From the human T2T-CHM13v2.0 reference genome, Homo sapiens, in NCBI RefSeq assembly GCF_009914755.1, contig NC_060936.1: a stretch of 64,000 nt of DNA. The stretch is one strand, 5' to 3'. Shown here piece after piece: positions 18,231 to 32,945 of this stretch. The notes below the pieces were generated by a model that saw only the letters and a list, made by a program, of their open reading frames with translations, was not told the origin of the DNA and ran no database searches. Position numbers and translations under genes: made by a program. Position 1 is the stretch's first letter; each line of letters starts with the position of its first letter.

Positions 18231-18986
18231 TTGACTGACTCATTGAACTTAAGATCACCCAAACGCTGCAATGCAATCTCAAGTGGAGATGGTCTATCTC
18301 AAGAGGTCTTGCCGTCTAGATAGATAAGCATATCTGGAGTTCCAGTGAGAGATGAGAGCTGGAGATACACTCAACTTGATTCAAAATTGTCAACATCATG
18401 AGAAATTGTGATGGCTAATGGATGAACAGCATGAAAAATAGTTTCTGGAAATTTTTATTAGAGAACTCCATTTATTATTATATTTTCCTCTGAATTATTA
18501 CAAGACATTTTAAGATGGAAAGGAATAATTCTCAGGGGAATTGGCAATGGTGAACATGAGGGAGCTTTGCCAGATCTTTAGGTTTCAGCCCACTGAGGGC
18601 AGGCACATGCCTTGAACACCTTCTCTTCTGGAAGCCTGCACAGTGCTAGGCACATAGAAAGCACTCAAGCAATACCTGATTGGCTTCACAGCGAAAGGAG
18701 CTTACACTGTACCTGGACATCTTCTTACCTTTTCTTGACTTGCTTTACTCTCCGTAACTTTCTCCACGCTCTTCCAATCCGTGGAATGTGATGGCTATTC
18801 ATCCATTAGCTATCACGATTTCTTGTGATGTTGACAATTTTGAATCAAGTTGAGTGTATCTCCAGCTCTCATCTCTCACTAGAACTCCAGATACGCTTAT
18901 CTGTCTAGACGGCAAGACCTCTTGCTGTCTCCGGTTGAGATTGCATTGCAGCGTTTGGGTGGTCTTAAGTTCAATGAGTCAGTCAA
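18231..18986. repeat. Long inverted repeat: arms 18231-18430 and 18794-18986, 363-bp spacer
   Basis: Hand alignment: 174 of 183 positions identical outside one 17/10-nt bubble; perfect 55-bp core at 18344-18398. Confidence 0.97.
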
Positions 18987-19062
18987 TCTCTAGCTACCCA
19001 TCAGTCCTCCCAAATCACAGCAGGGTGCATGTTGCATAAGTCAGATGATTCTAGATCCCCCA

Positions 19063-19360
19063 TTTTTTTTTTTTTTTTGAGACGGAGTCTCCCTTTGTCA
19101 CCCGGGTTGGAGTGCAGTGGCACAATCTTGGCTCACCGCAACCTCCGTCTCTCGGGTTCAATAGATTCTCCTGCCTTAGCCTCCAGAATAGCTGGTATTA
19201 CAGGTGCCCATCACCAAGATCGGCTAATTTTTGTATTTTTAGTAGAGATGCGATTTCACCAGGTTGGCCGGGCTGGTCTCGAACTTGTGACCTCAAGTGA
19301 TCTGCCCACCTGGGCCTCCCAAAGTGCTGGGATTACAGGCGTGAGCTACCATGCCTGGCC
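19063..19360 (-). mobile_element. AluS with TSD ctagatccccc
   Basis: Full Alu; the same 11-mer on both sides. Confidence 0.9.
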
Positions 19361-19544
19361 CCTAGATCCCCCGACTTTTCTTCACACCTCCTGCAATTTT
19401 GCTGTTATCTTTATTAGCTGCCTTCTCTAAGTGTTAGCTTTGAAGGAAAAACTTTCTTGCTGAGGATAAATGGTACATGGTACATGTGGTAGAGCGAAGT
19501 TGGTGGATTTCTGTGACCCAGTAGAAAGAAGGGCCCAATTGTAC

Positions 19545-19705
19545 CTGTGAATTTGAAGGTTGGTATTGTCCAGTGTGACCAGCCCATTGGTGGCAGTCCT
19601 TCGGTAGCCTGCTGGGGGCCTTTCCAACATGTCAATAGGATACCAGTATCGCACCAGCACACCTTCACTGCGGAGGTACGTTTCTACCTGCACCAGTTCA
19701 TTCAC
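19545..19705 (-). CDS. HECTD4: HECTD4 coding exon (VNELVQVE...NLQIHR)
   Basis: cctattgtag acceptor, CAG|GTACAA donor; 161 nt, phase 0->2. Confidence 0.9.
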
Positions 19706-19756
19706 CTACAATAGGAAAAGAAAATGTCTGTTTGTGCTGTTTGCTTTTGTTTTCCA

Positions 19757-19787
19757 TGTGTGCGTGCGTGCGTGTGTGTGTGCGTGC

Positions 19788-19819
<32 letters not shown>
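19757..19819. repeat. Compound (TG)n/(TGCG)n microsatellite
   Basis: Direct reading. Confidence 0.97.
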
Positions 19820-19962
19820 ATTTTCAGTCCAGGCTTTTAGGTATTATAATTTGTAACTAATTGCTATTTCATAGACAAACGAAAGAGAATTCACAATACA
19901 TTTTTGAAACACATATTATAAGTAATCTTATTACTATATAAACTTGCTATGTGCTTTTCTAA

Positions 19963-20217
<255 letters not shown>

Positions 20218-21116
20218 TAAACTCCTCACCTCAAGTGATCCGCCTGCCTTGGCCTCCCAAAGTGTTGGGATTACAGGCGTGAGCCGCCATGCCCAGCCAG
20301 GAATCAGAGAGATTTTAAATGAATTCTTAAATATAAATGTGAATTAATGACATACTAGAAAGGCCAAAAGCCAATTACTGAAAAAAAAAAATTTCAATCA
20401 AAATAAAAAAAGAACAGGATAATATATACATAAACACACAAACAACCAGACTAATATATATATATTTATACATATATAACCAGATTATAGCAATAAATGC
20501 TAGTTTCATGCCATTGATTTAGTCTAAGTTCAAAGACATCTGCTTAGTACTGAGTGTTTTAGTTTTTCCATACCAGATGGAAAATTTTTATTGATACAAT
20601 AAAGATTTTCAATGTAATCATAAGTTAGCAATTTAAAGAGAATAGTGCTATATTTCCAGCGCAAACTGTTGCTAGGTAAAATTTATGTTCATTGTTTTTA
20701 TGTTAATAATATCTTAAAAGCAGGGAATCTGTCTGATAGCTGTATTTTATTTCTAGGAAAATAAAAAGTAAGCTCATACATATGTATTTTGGATGCAAAT
20801 ACCAATGCAATTTTCATTTAGGGATTATTAAACTGGAGAGAAATTACCTTAGAAATAACAGAATGATTATAATAAGGACAATTCTATTTTTCTAATTTTT
20901 ATTTTCACACATTTCTATTGCTCAAAAATATCATCCTAATGTATTTTCTTACAATCAGAGTCAGAAGTTTGCATCAGAAGGCAGTGGGAGATTAACAGTA
21001 TTATTGATGGAATTTTCCATTTGAAAGTTCACCTCAGTGACCACCAGTCAATAGCCCCTCTAAAAAAATCTAATGAGTTAAATTACATTCTGACAAAATA
21101 GAGTCAGATGATGTAA

Positions 21117-21320
<204 letters not shown>

Positions 21321-22023
21321 TAGGCTAGTCTCAAGCTCCTGACCTCAAGTGATCCACCTGCCTCGGCCTCCCAAAGTGCTGGGATTACAGGCATGAGCCA
21401 CCACATCTGGCCTAAAGATGTAAATTTTTCAAGGTAAATTTCAAAGCATTAATGGAACCTAATATCATCTGTATCTCTCTCTAGACAGATACCAAAGTTT
21501 ATATCTATACAGTGATTGATGATATTAATATTTTATCAGAGACTCTCAGGCTTGATCTGTATATTATTTCACCAGTTTTTCCTGCATAGGAAGCTTCTCA
21601 AATACAAGGATGGGCATGCAACCTCAGAATCACATAGTCATGGCTTTCAAACAGGAGTCTCTTTTCAAAAGAAAGCTTTGGCCTTGTCCTCTCTCACTCT
21701 GCCCCCTTCCCGAAAAGTCCTAGCTGTGTCCTAGGAGAGAGCTTTGCAAAATGGAGGAGGAAACCACTGATCCAGTTTAATACACTCATTTTACAGATAG
21801 GGAAATTGAGGCTGAGAGAATCAGTGAGATGATGTGATCAAAATGACAAAACTTTTTTCTTTTTTTTTTCCTTTGGAGACAGGGACTCACTCTGTTGCCC
21901 AGGCTGGAGAACACTGACGCCATCACAGCTCACTGCAGCCTTGACCTCCCAGGCTGAAACGATCCTCCCACCTTAGCCTCCCACATAGCTGGGACTACAG
22001 ATATGCCCACCATGACTAGCTAA

Positions 22024-22155
<132 letters not shown>

Positions 22156-22542
22156 TGATTTGTGTCTGTATGACCATCATGGCAATGACAGATCATCCAT
22201 TCATCAAGGACAATGGGGACTTTTCCCTGGGAACTTGGGTAGATATAATGCAGGAACAGTTTGAACATGTCGGACAGAAAATAATGGTAGAGGTGGTGTG
22301 GTCTGAAGGCGGCCACAGCTTTGAGACTGGAGAGCCTACCATCTACTGCCAGCCCTGATCTGAGTCCCTGAGGAAAGCTCAGGCAAGTCAATTGGCATTA
22401 GAGCATTTTTGCTTTGTGTCTTCGTCCCTGATTTGAAGAGAAACTCATCTGTATAATCACTTTTTAAGGTACCTGGGAATCTGGGTATGACAGCCTCAGT
22501 ATATATAAAATAGCTTATTAATCAGAATGGCTGTTCACTCAC

Positions 22543-22679
22543 TGAATCAACATCTAAGACGACTCCATGAAGCCCAAAGGTTTTCAGCATCCCTCGGATG
22601 GCAAATTTTGGCAGAGCAGTTCCAACAGCACTGCTGGCTACATTATTGCTGTCTGGAGAGCGGGTTACTACTGTGAGAC
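22543..22679 (-). CDS. HECTD4: HECTD4 coding exon (GLTVVTRS...VVLDVDS)
   Basis: tcctcag acceptor, TCA|GTGAGT donor; 137 nt, phase 1->0. Confidence 0.9.
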
Positions 22680-22908
22680 CTGAGGAGTGTAGAGGGAGAA
22701 GTTTTTCAGGAAAAAGTACCACTGCATCTGGGTTCTTACATTTAGCATCTAAAATAGCTCTCCAGATAAACATAAAATAATAAAATAAAATAAAATAAAA
22801 TAGCTCTACGGGCTTTAACAGAACCCTCAGTTTTGTTATAACCAAGCAAGAACACAACTCAGTCTGGAAGGTAATATAATAGAACGTTGTAAAAGCTCTT
22901 ACAATTGA

Positions 22909-23283
<375 letters not shown>

Positions 23284-23392
23284 TAAGGAGAGTCACCCTA
23301 GGAGAACCACCAGCTGCTTGTGCACATTAAGGAAAATTCAACCTCTCATTTCATAGGAAATTTCATAGGTCGAGTAAGGAGGAAAGCAAAAC

Positions 23393-23530
23393 CTTTTCGA
23401 ACTTTATCAATTGTGAACTTGTTTGCTTCGTCTTTAATGTCTTCAATGGTGGGAAGATAAAGGTCTCTTGGGATGCCACCATTCTCTTCGTAGAGAAATT
23501 CAACCGTCTGTCGGGCAATATCCACCATAC
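23393..23530 (-). CDS. HECTD4: HECTD4 coding exon (GMVDIARQ...IDKVRK)
   Basis: tttttag acceptor, weak AAG|GTTTTG donor; 138 nt, phase 1->1. Confidence 0.87.
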
Positions 23531-23756
23531 CTAAAAAATATAACAGCACAGGGTAACTCCCCAAAGAGTACACACAGATCAACCATGACACTGACTTACA
23601 TGTAGAGTGAAATGATAAGGGAATCTTTCAAACATTGTTTATGAAAGTACATAACCCTTTGGCGAAGGAAATTGTGCAGTATCTACCATGTTTGGAATAC
23701 TAAATGTACTACTTTTAGGAATGTCTCAAATCTCTTCCACAGAAATATAAGCACTA

Positions 23757-24406
<650 letters not shown>

Positions 24407-25200
24407 TTATTTTGCAGTTATTTCATTTTCGTTAACTCAAAATAACAAATTACAGGACAAATGGAGAGGAAGAAGAAAGTGAGGGTAACGTTTCTTTTTC
24501 TTTTTCTTTTTTTTTTGAGACAGAGTCTTGCTCTGCCGCCCAGGCTGGAGTGCAGTGGTGCAATCTCGGCTCACTGCAACTTCCATCTCCCAGCTCAAGT
24601 GATTCTCATGCTTCAGCCTCTCAAGTAGTTGGGATTACAGGCGCGCACTACCACACTCGGCTAATATTTTTGTATTTTTAGTAGAGATGGGGGTTCACCA
24701 TGTTGCCTAGGCTGGTCTCAAAACTCCTGACCTCAAGTGATCCGCCTGCCTTGGCCTTCCAAAGTGCTGAGATTACAGGTGTGAGCCACCGTGCCTGGCC
24801 AGGTTTATTTCTCTCTATATTTTTGTACTGTTTGATTTTTACTGCAATAAACACATGTTGCTTGTTTAAGAAAGAGAGAAGGCTATATGAGCTTCTTCTA
24901 TCCACTTATTGAGATTGCTCTTTCTTCCCAGAGAAAGAACATACGATTATGTTTGATAGCAACAGCTACTATTAATTAATAAACCAAGTAATTAAATGTC
25001 CAAAGACCTGGGAGGAAAAGCATTATGGGAGGAAAGCAAAATGGGCACAATTCCTCCATATCCTGTTGTTGCCTTAGGCCCCACAGTGCCCAGGACGTTG
25101 TGGGTGAAAGGGCAGGTGTTGGTCAGGGGCAGTGGCTCACACCTGTAATCCCAGCACTTTGGAGGCCCGGGTGGGAAGACTGTTTGAAGCCAGGAGTTCA

Positions 25201-25648
<448 letters not shown>

Positions 25649-25985
25649 TAGCCAGGATGGTCTCAATCTCCTGACCTCATGATCCGCCTGCCTTGGCTTC
25701 CCAAAGTCCTGGGATTACAGGCGTGAGCCACTATGCCTGGCCTAGAATCTGCTTTTTTTACACAAGGCCTAACTCCATCCCACCTATCTACCATTCTTTT
25801 ATTCACTGGTCTTACTGTAAGGAAAAAGCATGGCAATTTTCTGAGCAGAGTTTAAAAGGGTGCTGTGATTAGAGACAGACGCTTTTGGAATTAAGTGTTA
25901 GAATAAACAAGAAATTGTGGCCTAAGATTAGAAGATTAGGGAACAATAATCTTTGCAATGTTTTCAAAAGGAACAGTGGGTATGA

Positions 25986-26228
<243 letters not shown>

Positions 26229-26781
26229 TAGTAGAGATGGGGTTTCGCCATGTTGGCCAGGCTGCTCTCGAACTCCTGACCTCAGGTGATCCACCCACCT
26301 CAGCCTCCTAAAGTGCTGGGATTACAGGCGTGAGCCACCATGGCCGGCCAAAAATACTGTTTAATAAGCAGGAATCAGGGAACAGTGAGAGACTGCCAAA
26401 TCAACCTTGCAGAGCACATATTCCATTTTAAAGATGGGGAAAGCCCAGAGATGTTAAGTAATTTTCTCAAGTCCACACAGCTGGTAAACAGTATGACTTC
26501 AGATGTGAACTGTTAACCACCAGACCACAGAGTTTCCCAGTATAACCACTCCAGCTTCACTGCAGCAGCCCATCAACCCAAAATATTCAGCTAAATTGAC
26601 AAGCAAATCAAAGTCCAGCAATGAAAACAAAAGATCAGAGTTCACTAAAGGTAAGGTCAAAGACACTGTTAAGTATGGTGCAACATTAGATGAGTCTCTC
26701 CTGATTTACATTCTGATTTTCATCCAGCTCCTCACTTCAAGTCATGAAGTAACCTCCTTAGCAGAACAAAAAGTACCAGAC

Positions 26782-26908
26782 CTAGTTGTAAGGCCCCCTT
26801 TATCTGGTCCAGGCCCGATTTCCGCTCTGCTTCATTGCGGAAGCGTCTTCGGATGGTAGGAAAAACCTTGGTCTCCCATGCTTTCACCAGCAGGGCGTAG
26901 TGGTCCTC
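26782..26908 (-). CDS. HECTD4: HECTD4 coding exon (EDHYALLVKAW...KGALQL)
   Basis: cttccag acceptor, weak TAG|GTCTGG donor; 127 nt, phase 0->1. Confidence 0.87.
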
Positions 26909-27401
26909 CTGGAAGCAGAAGGAACCTCATGAACAGAGAAGGAATATCTGGTGCAGGCATCACTGTTTCCCTAACTTACAGCCCTCACCCTGAGGTCTTC
27001 ACCCCACTTAAATGCCAGTAATAGAAAGATCAGACATAGACCCCTGTACTAGATACACCCCCAGATGCCAGGGCAGGGAACAGCAACACTAGGGCAAGCT
27101 CTTCGTTTCCCTCTAAAGAAGCCATAGAAGCACTTTCACAGGATTCTGAACTATTGCAAAGCACTTCACTTCTCCAGTTTCTGGATCTTCACCGGGCAAA
27201 ATGGCCCAACGGATATCGCTATTGATAGGGGTTTAGAAAAATTAACACTCTAAGGTCACTGTTCAAGCACAATGATGTCACTGAGAGTAACAAAACCAGC
27301 TTTGCACTCTCACATCAAAATCACTCCTCCAGGCTTGTCCTAGTCACTAGGGAGCTAAGCAAATGCTGCTGAGTCCTGATCTAAGCCTGTGGGTCTCTTA
27401 C

Positions 27402-27538
27402 CTGAGGGATGTCATCATCGTCATCATCATCGCTTTCATCATCTGCAATGGGAGGCGGGTGAGGGTCTGGGCCAGAGGTGATGAAATTCTCATAGCTGAG
27501 CTCGACTTTATAATGACAGGAGGTGTCACTATCATATT
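27402..27538 (-). CDS. HECTD4: HECTD4 coding exon (QYDSDTSCH...DDESDDDDDDDIPQ), acidic tract
   Basis: tgttacag acceptor, CAG|GTAAGA donor; 137 nt, phase 1->0. Confidence 0.92.
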
Positions 27539-28253
27539 CTGTAACAGAGCACAAGGACAGCGAATTCTAAACAAGAGCAGGCTAGAAAAATCCTTAACTT
27601 CTCACCCTTAGACAAACCAGATTATCTTAATTTGCATGATAGGAAGACTCCTAGTACACTGAGGAATGTTAAATCACAGAGTCTAGGAATAACTAATTAT
27701 CTATAATTACCCTGAATCCTAAAATAGTTTTTATGAGTATAATTCATTCAATTCAGAGAAGACTTTAGAAAGTCCTTCACTATAGATAGAACTAAACAGG
27801 CTTTTTTTTTTTTTTTTTTTTTTTTTTGAGACAGAAGCTCACTCTGTTGCCTAGGCTGGCAAGCAGTGGTGCAAAGATAGGTCACTGCAGCTAAACCTCC
27901 TGGGCTCCAGCGATCCTCCCACCTCAACCTCCTGAGTGGCTGGGACTACAGGTGTGTGCCACCACACCTGGCTATTTTTTAAATTTTTTTGTAGAGACAG
28001 GGTCTCACTGTGTTGCCTAGGTTGGTCTCAAACTCCTGGGCTCAAGCTATCCTCCTTCCTTGACTTCCCAGTGTTGGGATTATAGATGTGAGCCACAGTG
28101 TCTGGCCCTAAACAGAATCTTAAAACAGTTTGCAAACTAGTATCCAATGGGCCAAATATGGCCTGCAGACATCCTTACTTTGGTGAGCTGTTTTATTTAA
28201 TTTTATGAAAAAATTGTTACAAGTAATCATAAAAGTTTTTTTTTTTTTTTTGA

Positions 28254-28361
<108 letters not shown>

Positions 28362-28922
28362 TAGTTGGGGATTACAGGCACACGCCACCACCCCCAGCTA
28401 ATTTTGTATTTTTAGTAGAGACGGGGTTTCTCCATGCTGGTCAGGCTGGTCTCGAACTCCCAACCTTAGGTGATCTGCCCACCTCGGCCTCCCAAAGTGC
28501 TGGCATTACAGGCATGAGCCACCTCACCTGACCATCATAAAAGTTTTTAGTGCACGCCTATATATCCATTGCCTAGCATTTTATTATTCTGTGATTACCT
28601 TGGTTTTAGGACAATTTTTGAAAATGAGTAACACTGTGACATGAGGAGACTTCATACAAAGTCCTGGGGCTCTAGTGGTCTTGCACTGGCTGCCCTAAGG
28701 CATAGCAGGCTTCCTGGAAATGGGGATGAACTTTCTGGTCTGCTGTGCTTCATCCTGCTCCCCACCTTCTTTCACCAGGCCTGTGACCCCATTACCAATG
28801 GGCACGTGAGTTTGCAACTCCTGATTGTAATGAGGATGCTCAAGTGCAATGGGTTTATGGAATTCATAACATTCATGGTCTCAGGAAGCCATGGAGGCAG
28901 TAAGTTCCAGGAGGTGACTTAC

Positions 28923-29160
28923 GTTGCTGAGCGGTGGCCACGGCAGCAATCCGGCATGGTGGCCCATGAGTGCCTGGGTCTGATGCAATACTGGTGCCAG
29001 CATCATTGTCACTGTCAGATGCCATGGCGAAAGGCAGGGCCTCAAAGTTAGCGCTGATCTCTTCTGCTAGGTCAGTGCACAGGTCAGCAGCATTGCGGTG
29101 GGCCTGCCCTTCCGCGTAGGCAAACGGCCGGGAGCCAAAGTTAGCTCGGGTTTTGGTGTT
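28923..29160 (-). CDS. HECTD4: HECTD4 coding exon (NTKTRANFGSRPFAY...VATAQQ), end of SPRY-like domain
   Basis: ctttccag acceptor, AAC|GTAAGT donor; 238 nt, phase 0->1; NFG..PF is the SPRY C-terminal motif. Confidence 0.92.
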
Positions 29161-29339
29161 CTGGAAAGGAGACCAAATGAAGGATTTGGAAAGACTTACG
29201 TTTATTTTTATTTCTGCAAGAGCCCAAGGCGCAGCTCACTAAACGTCACCTTGGAAGAATAGCCCGAGGTGTGTGCTGGCATGAGAAACCAGGTGGGGGC
29301 TGGAGGGACTGAGCACACCTGTGCTCAGAGCCCTGTACA

Positions 29340-29840
29340 GCCAGCCCTGCCTCCCTGTCCCTCACCTCACACTCTCATGTACTTTGCTGCTCAAACACAT
29401 TGACCTCTCTTGTTTCCAACACTGCTCCTCTCTACCTGACACTGCTCCTCTCTACCTGACACCAGCACCCATGCTGTTCCTTCCACCTGGAATATTCTTT
29501 TGTCCAACTTTGCCTAGTTAAGACCAGCTAATATTCCAGACCTGGCTCAAGCAGCACTTCTTCAGATTAAGAGATACAAGATCAGATGTGCCTGCCACTT
29601 GCTTCTAGGAAGTCTGTGATTCTCATTCACAGCATTTACTAGTCTGTGATTACATACATACACATGCATATTTATGTGATTATTTGACTACTGTCTGATT
29701 GATTCCTCCAACTGATCATAACCCAATGAAGACAGAGATCATATCTGTTTTGTTCACTGCTATATATCCAGAGCTCAGCATAGTGCTTGACATAGAGTAA
29801 GTATTCAATAAATATTTGTTGAATGCATGAATGGAACAGG
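29340..29840 (+). mobile_element. L2 3' fragment containing a 20-bp tandem duplication (29419-29462)
   Basis: Ends 'agtgcttgacatagagtaagtattcaataaatatttgttgaatgcatgaat' (L2 tail). Confidence 0.8.
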
Positions 29841-29899
29841 CTGAGAAATGCTGCTTTAAATTATTGGCATCATTAATTCACTCAACAAATACAGAGATA

Positions 29900-30905
29900 A
29901 AAGATGGTATCAGACACATGGTACAGGGCCAGATCCTATAGGACCTTATAGGTTATTTTTTTAAAAGACGGAGTCTTGGCCGGATGCAGTAGCTCTTGCC
30001 TGTAATCCCAGCACTTTGGGAGGCCGAGGTGGGCGGATCATGAGGTCAGGAGTTCAAGACCAGCCTAGCCAACATGGTGAAACCTCATTTCTACTAAAAA
30101 TACAAAAATTAGCCCAGTGTGGTGGTACACATCTGGAGTCTCACTATGTTGCCTAGGCTGGAGTACAACTGACTATTCATAGGTGCAATCATAACGCATT
30201 GCAGCCTGGAACTCCTGGGCTCAAGTGATACTCCCAACTCAGCCTCCAGAGCAGCGGGGACTACTCTGGCACCACCACACCTGGCATCTTGTAAGTCATT
30301 ATAAAGACTTGGGCCTTTAAAATGCATGACACGAGAAGCCACTAACTGGATAGTGACATTCCAACTAACATCTTGAAAAGATCACTGTGGTTGCTGGGTT
30401 GAAAAGACATGTATTACCTTAGAGATGTCCTGAAGGGGGAAAAAAAAAAAAAAGATAAGACGTGAACGGGCAAGAATGGGGACTGGGAGAGGAGTCAGAA
30501 CACTGTAATGAGCTACCCAAGGGAAGATGGTGGCAGGGCCGGGTTGTTGATGGAAGAATGGGAGAAGGGGTCAGATTCTAGATACATTTTGAAGGTTAGA
30601 ACCAAGATCTGCTGACAGGTTGGATGTGGAGCAGAAGAAAAAAGAGGAGTCAAGGAGAATATCAAGGTTTTTGGCCTTAGCAACTACAAGCATGGAGCTG
30701 CCATTTCCTGAGATGAAGAAGACTGGGGAAGTGGCAGCTTTGGGTTTGGGGGAGAGTTAGGCTAAGTCTTGGTCACGTTAACCTTGACATGCCAATAAGG
30801 CATCTCTTTAGAGATGCTGCCCAGGCTGCTGGGTATGTGAGCATGGAGTTTAGGGAAAGGTCTGGGATAGAGATATGGATGTGGGAGCTACCAGCATGTA
30901 GTAAG
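29900..30905 (-). mobile_element. L2 fragment interrupted by a FAM/Alu chimera
   Basis: 'gaggagtcaaggagaatatcaaggtttttggcct...ggagctgccatttcctgagatg' L2 consensus-like. Confidence 0.75.
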
Positions 30906-31394
30906 TAATAATGTTCCAGAACATTGGATATTAATAGATGCCCCTTAAGAAACAAGAGTTCCATCATTAAATATGTATGAGGATGCTGGTTAACTAAGTT
31001 GAACTTACAAATCTTTACCGAAGGTTCTCTCCAAGTTTCTGACATACTGAGCAACCAAAGAGAATCACTTTCAAAATTTACTTAATCACATAATCATTTT
31101 ACTGACATTTGAAAGAACTCTAGTGTTCCTTGCATTGTTGTCTGGGAAAGGTTGCTAAAAAAATGTCAAGGCAATGAAGCACTAAGTTCCTGATATAGCA
31201 TTGTTCAAGCTAAGACTGTGGGGTCAACACAAAGGAAGACACACACTTGCTCAAGCTGGCTCTGCCCTTCCTCTGCCATTGTGTACCAATATTATGTACA
31301 ATGAGGGCCCGTTTGCTCCCTTTCATTTTTCCATGTCTAACAGGAACAGGTGATGAAGGAGAATTTGTTTTCCTTTCCCAACAAGGTAACCTGC

Positions 31395-31558
31395 CTTTTT
31401 CTGAATGTGAACCACTGGCCACATGCCACCAGAGACGTCTTCAAGATATGGTGAGAGGCGCTGCCCGCAGTATGTGAAGTACACCCGGCCCTTGGCTGGC
31501 TGTCCCGGAGGAGGTGGAGTCCCCTCAGTTCTCTCCCAGCCAATTCCTGCCACGTCAC
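31395..31558 (-). CDS. HECTD4: HECTD4 coding exon (GDVAGIGW...WPVVHIQKK), SPRY-like, GC donor
   Basis: gctatag acceptor; only AAG|GCAGGT gives the phase 0 needed by the next exon; 164 nt; GDVAGIG, VYFTY and MWPVV are SPRY-type motifs. Confidence 0.85.
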
Positions 31559-31677
31559 CTATAGCAGAGAACGGGAAGGAAAACATATTTTCTCCCTTTT
31601 ATTAAGTAAATTTTAAATTTGCAACCGGAGTGTCACCCTACACATCACAGACTATTTATGCTCTCATTTACTTCTGA

Positions 31678-32028
<351 letters not shown>

Positions 32029-32312
32029 TAACATAACAGAAACAACCCATTTAAAGAAGCTGTCAGAATTTTTAGAAGGAAAATGCCTAGTGTCTGTGTT
32101 AAATTAGTTACCGCAATTACATATTAAATTTAGCCTTTATTTTCCTGGCAGGCAAGAAAAAAATGAAAAACACTAGGTACTATTTTTAAAATAGAAAAAT
32201 GAAGTTTTTCTCTTTTGACACATGGAGGATTACTTATGACGAATAAGTAAAAAGGTATTAGTAATATCATCTCCGGTGAATATTCAGAAATGGCCTAAAA
32301 ATATATAATTTA

Positions 32313-32945
<633 letters not shown>

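Noticed and set aside
18231-18986. Calling the inverted repeat a known miRNA gene or a DNA transposon with TIRs
   Set aside because: The 363-nt loop is far too large for a canonical pre-miRNA, and I see no TSD or recognisable TIR ends. Kept only as a structural finding.
29419-29462. 20-bp direct repeat (acactgctcctctctacctg x2)
   Set aside because: A simple slippage duplication inside an L2 relic; no spacers or array structure.
31387-31391. GT at 31390 as the main donor of the SPRY exon
   Set aside because: It gives phase 1, incompatible with the phase 0 downstream exon.
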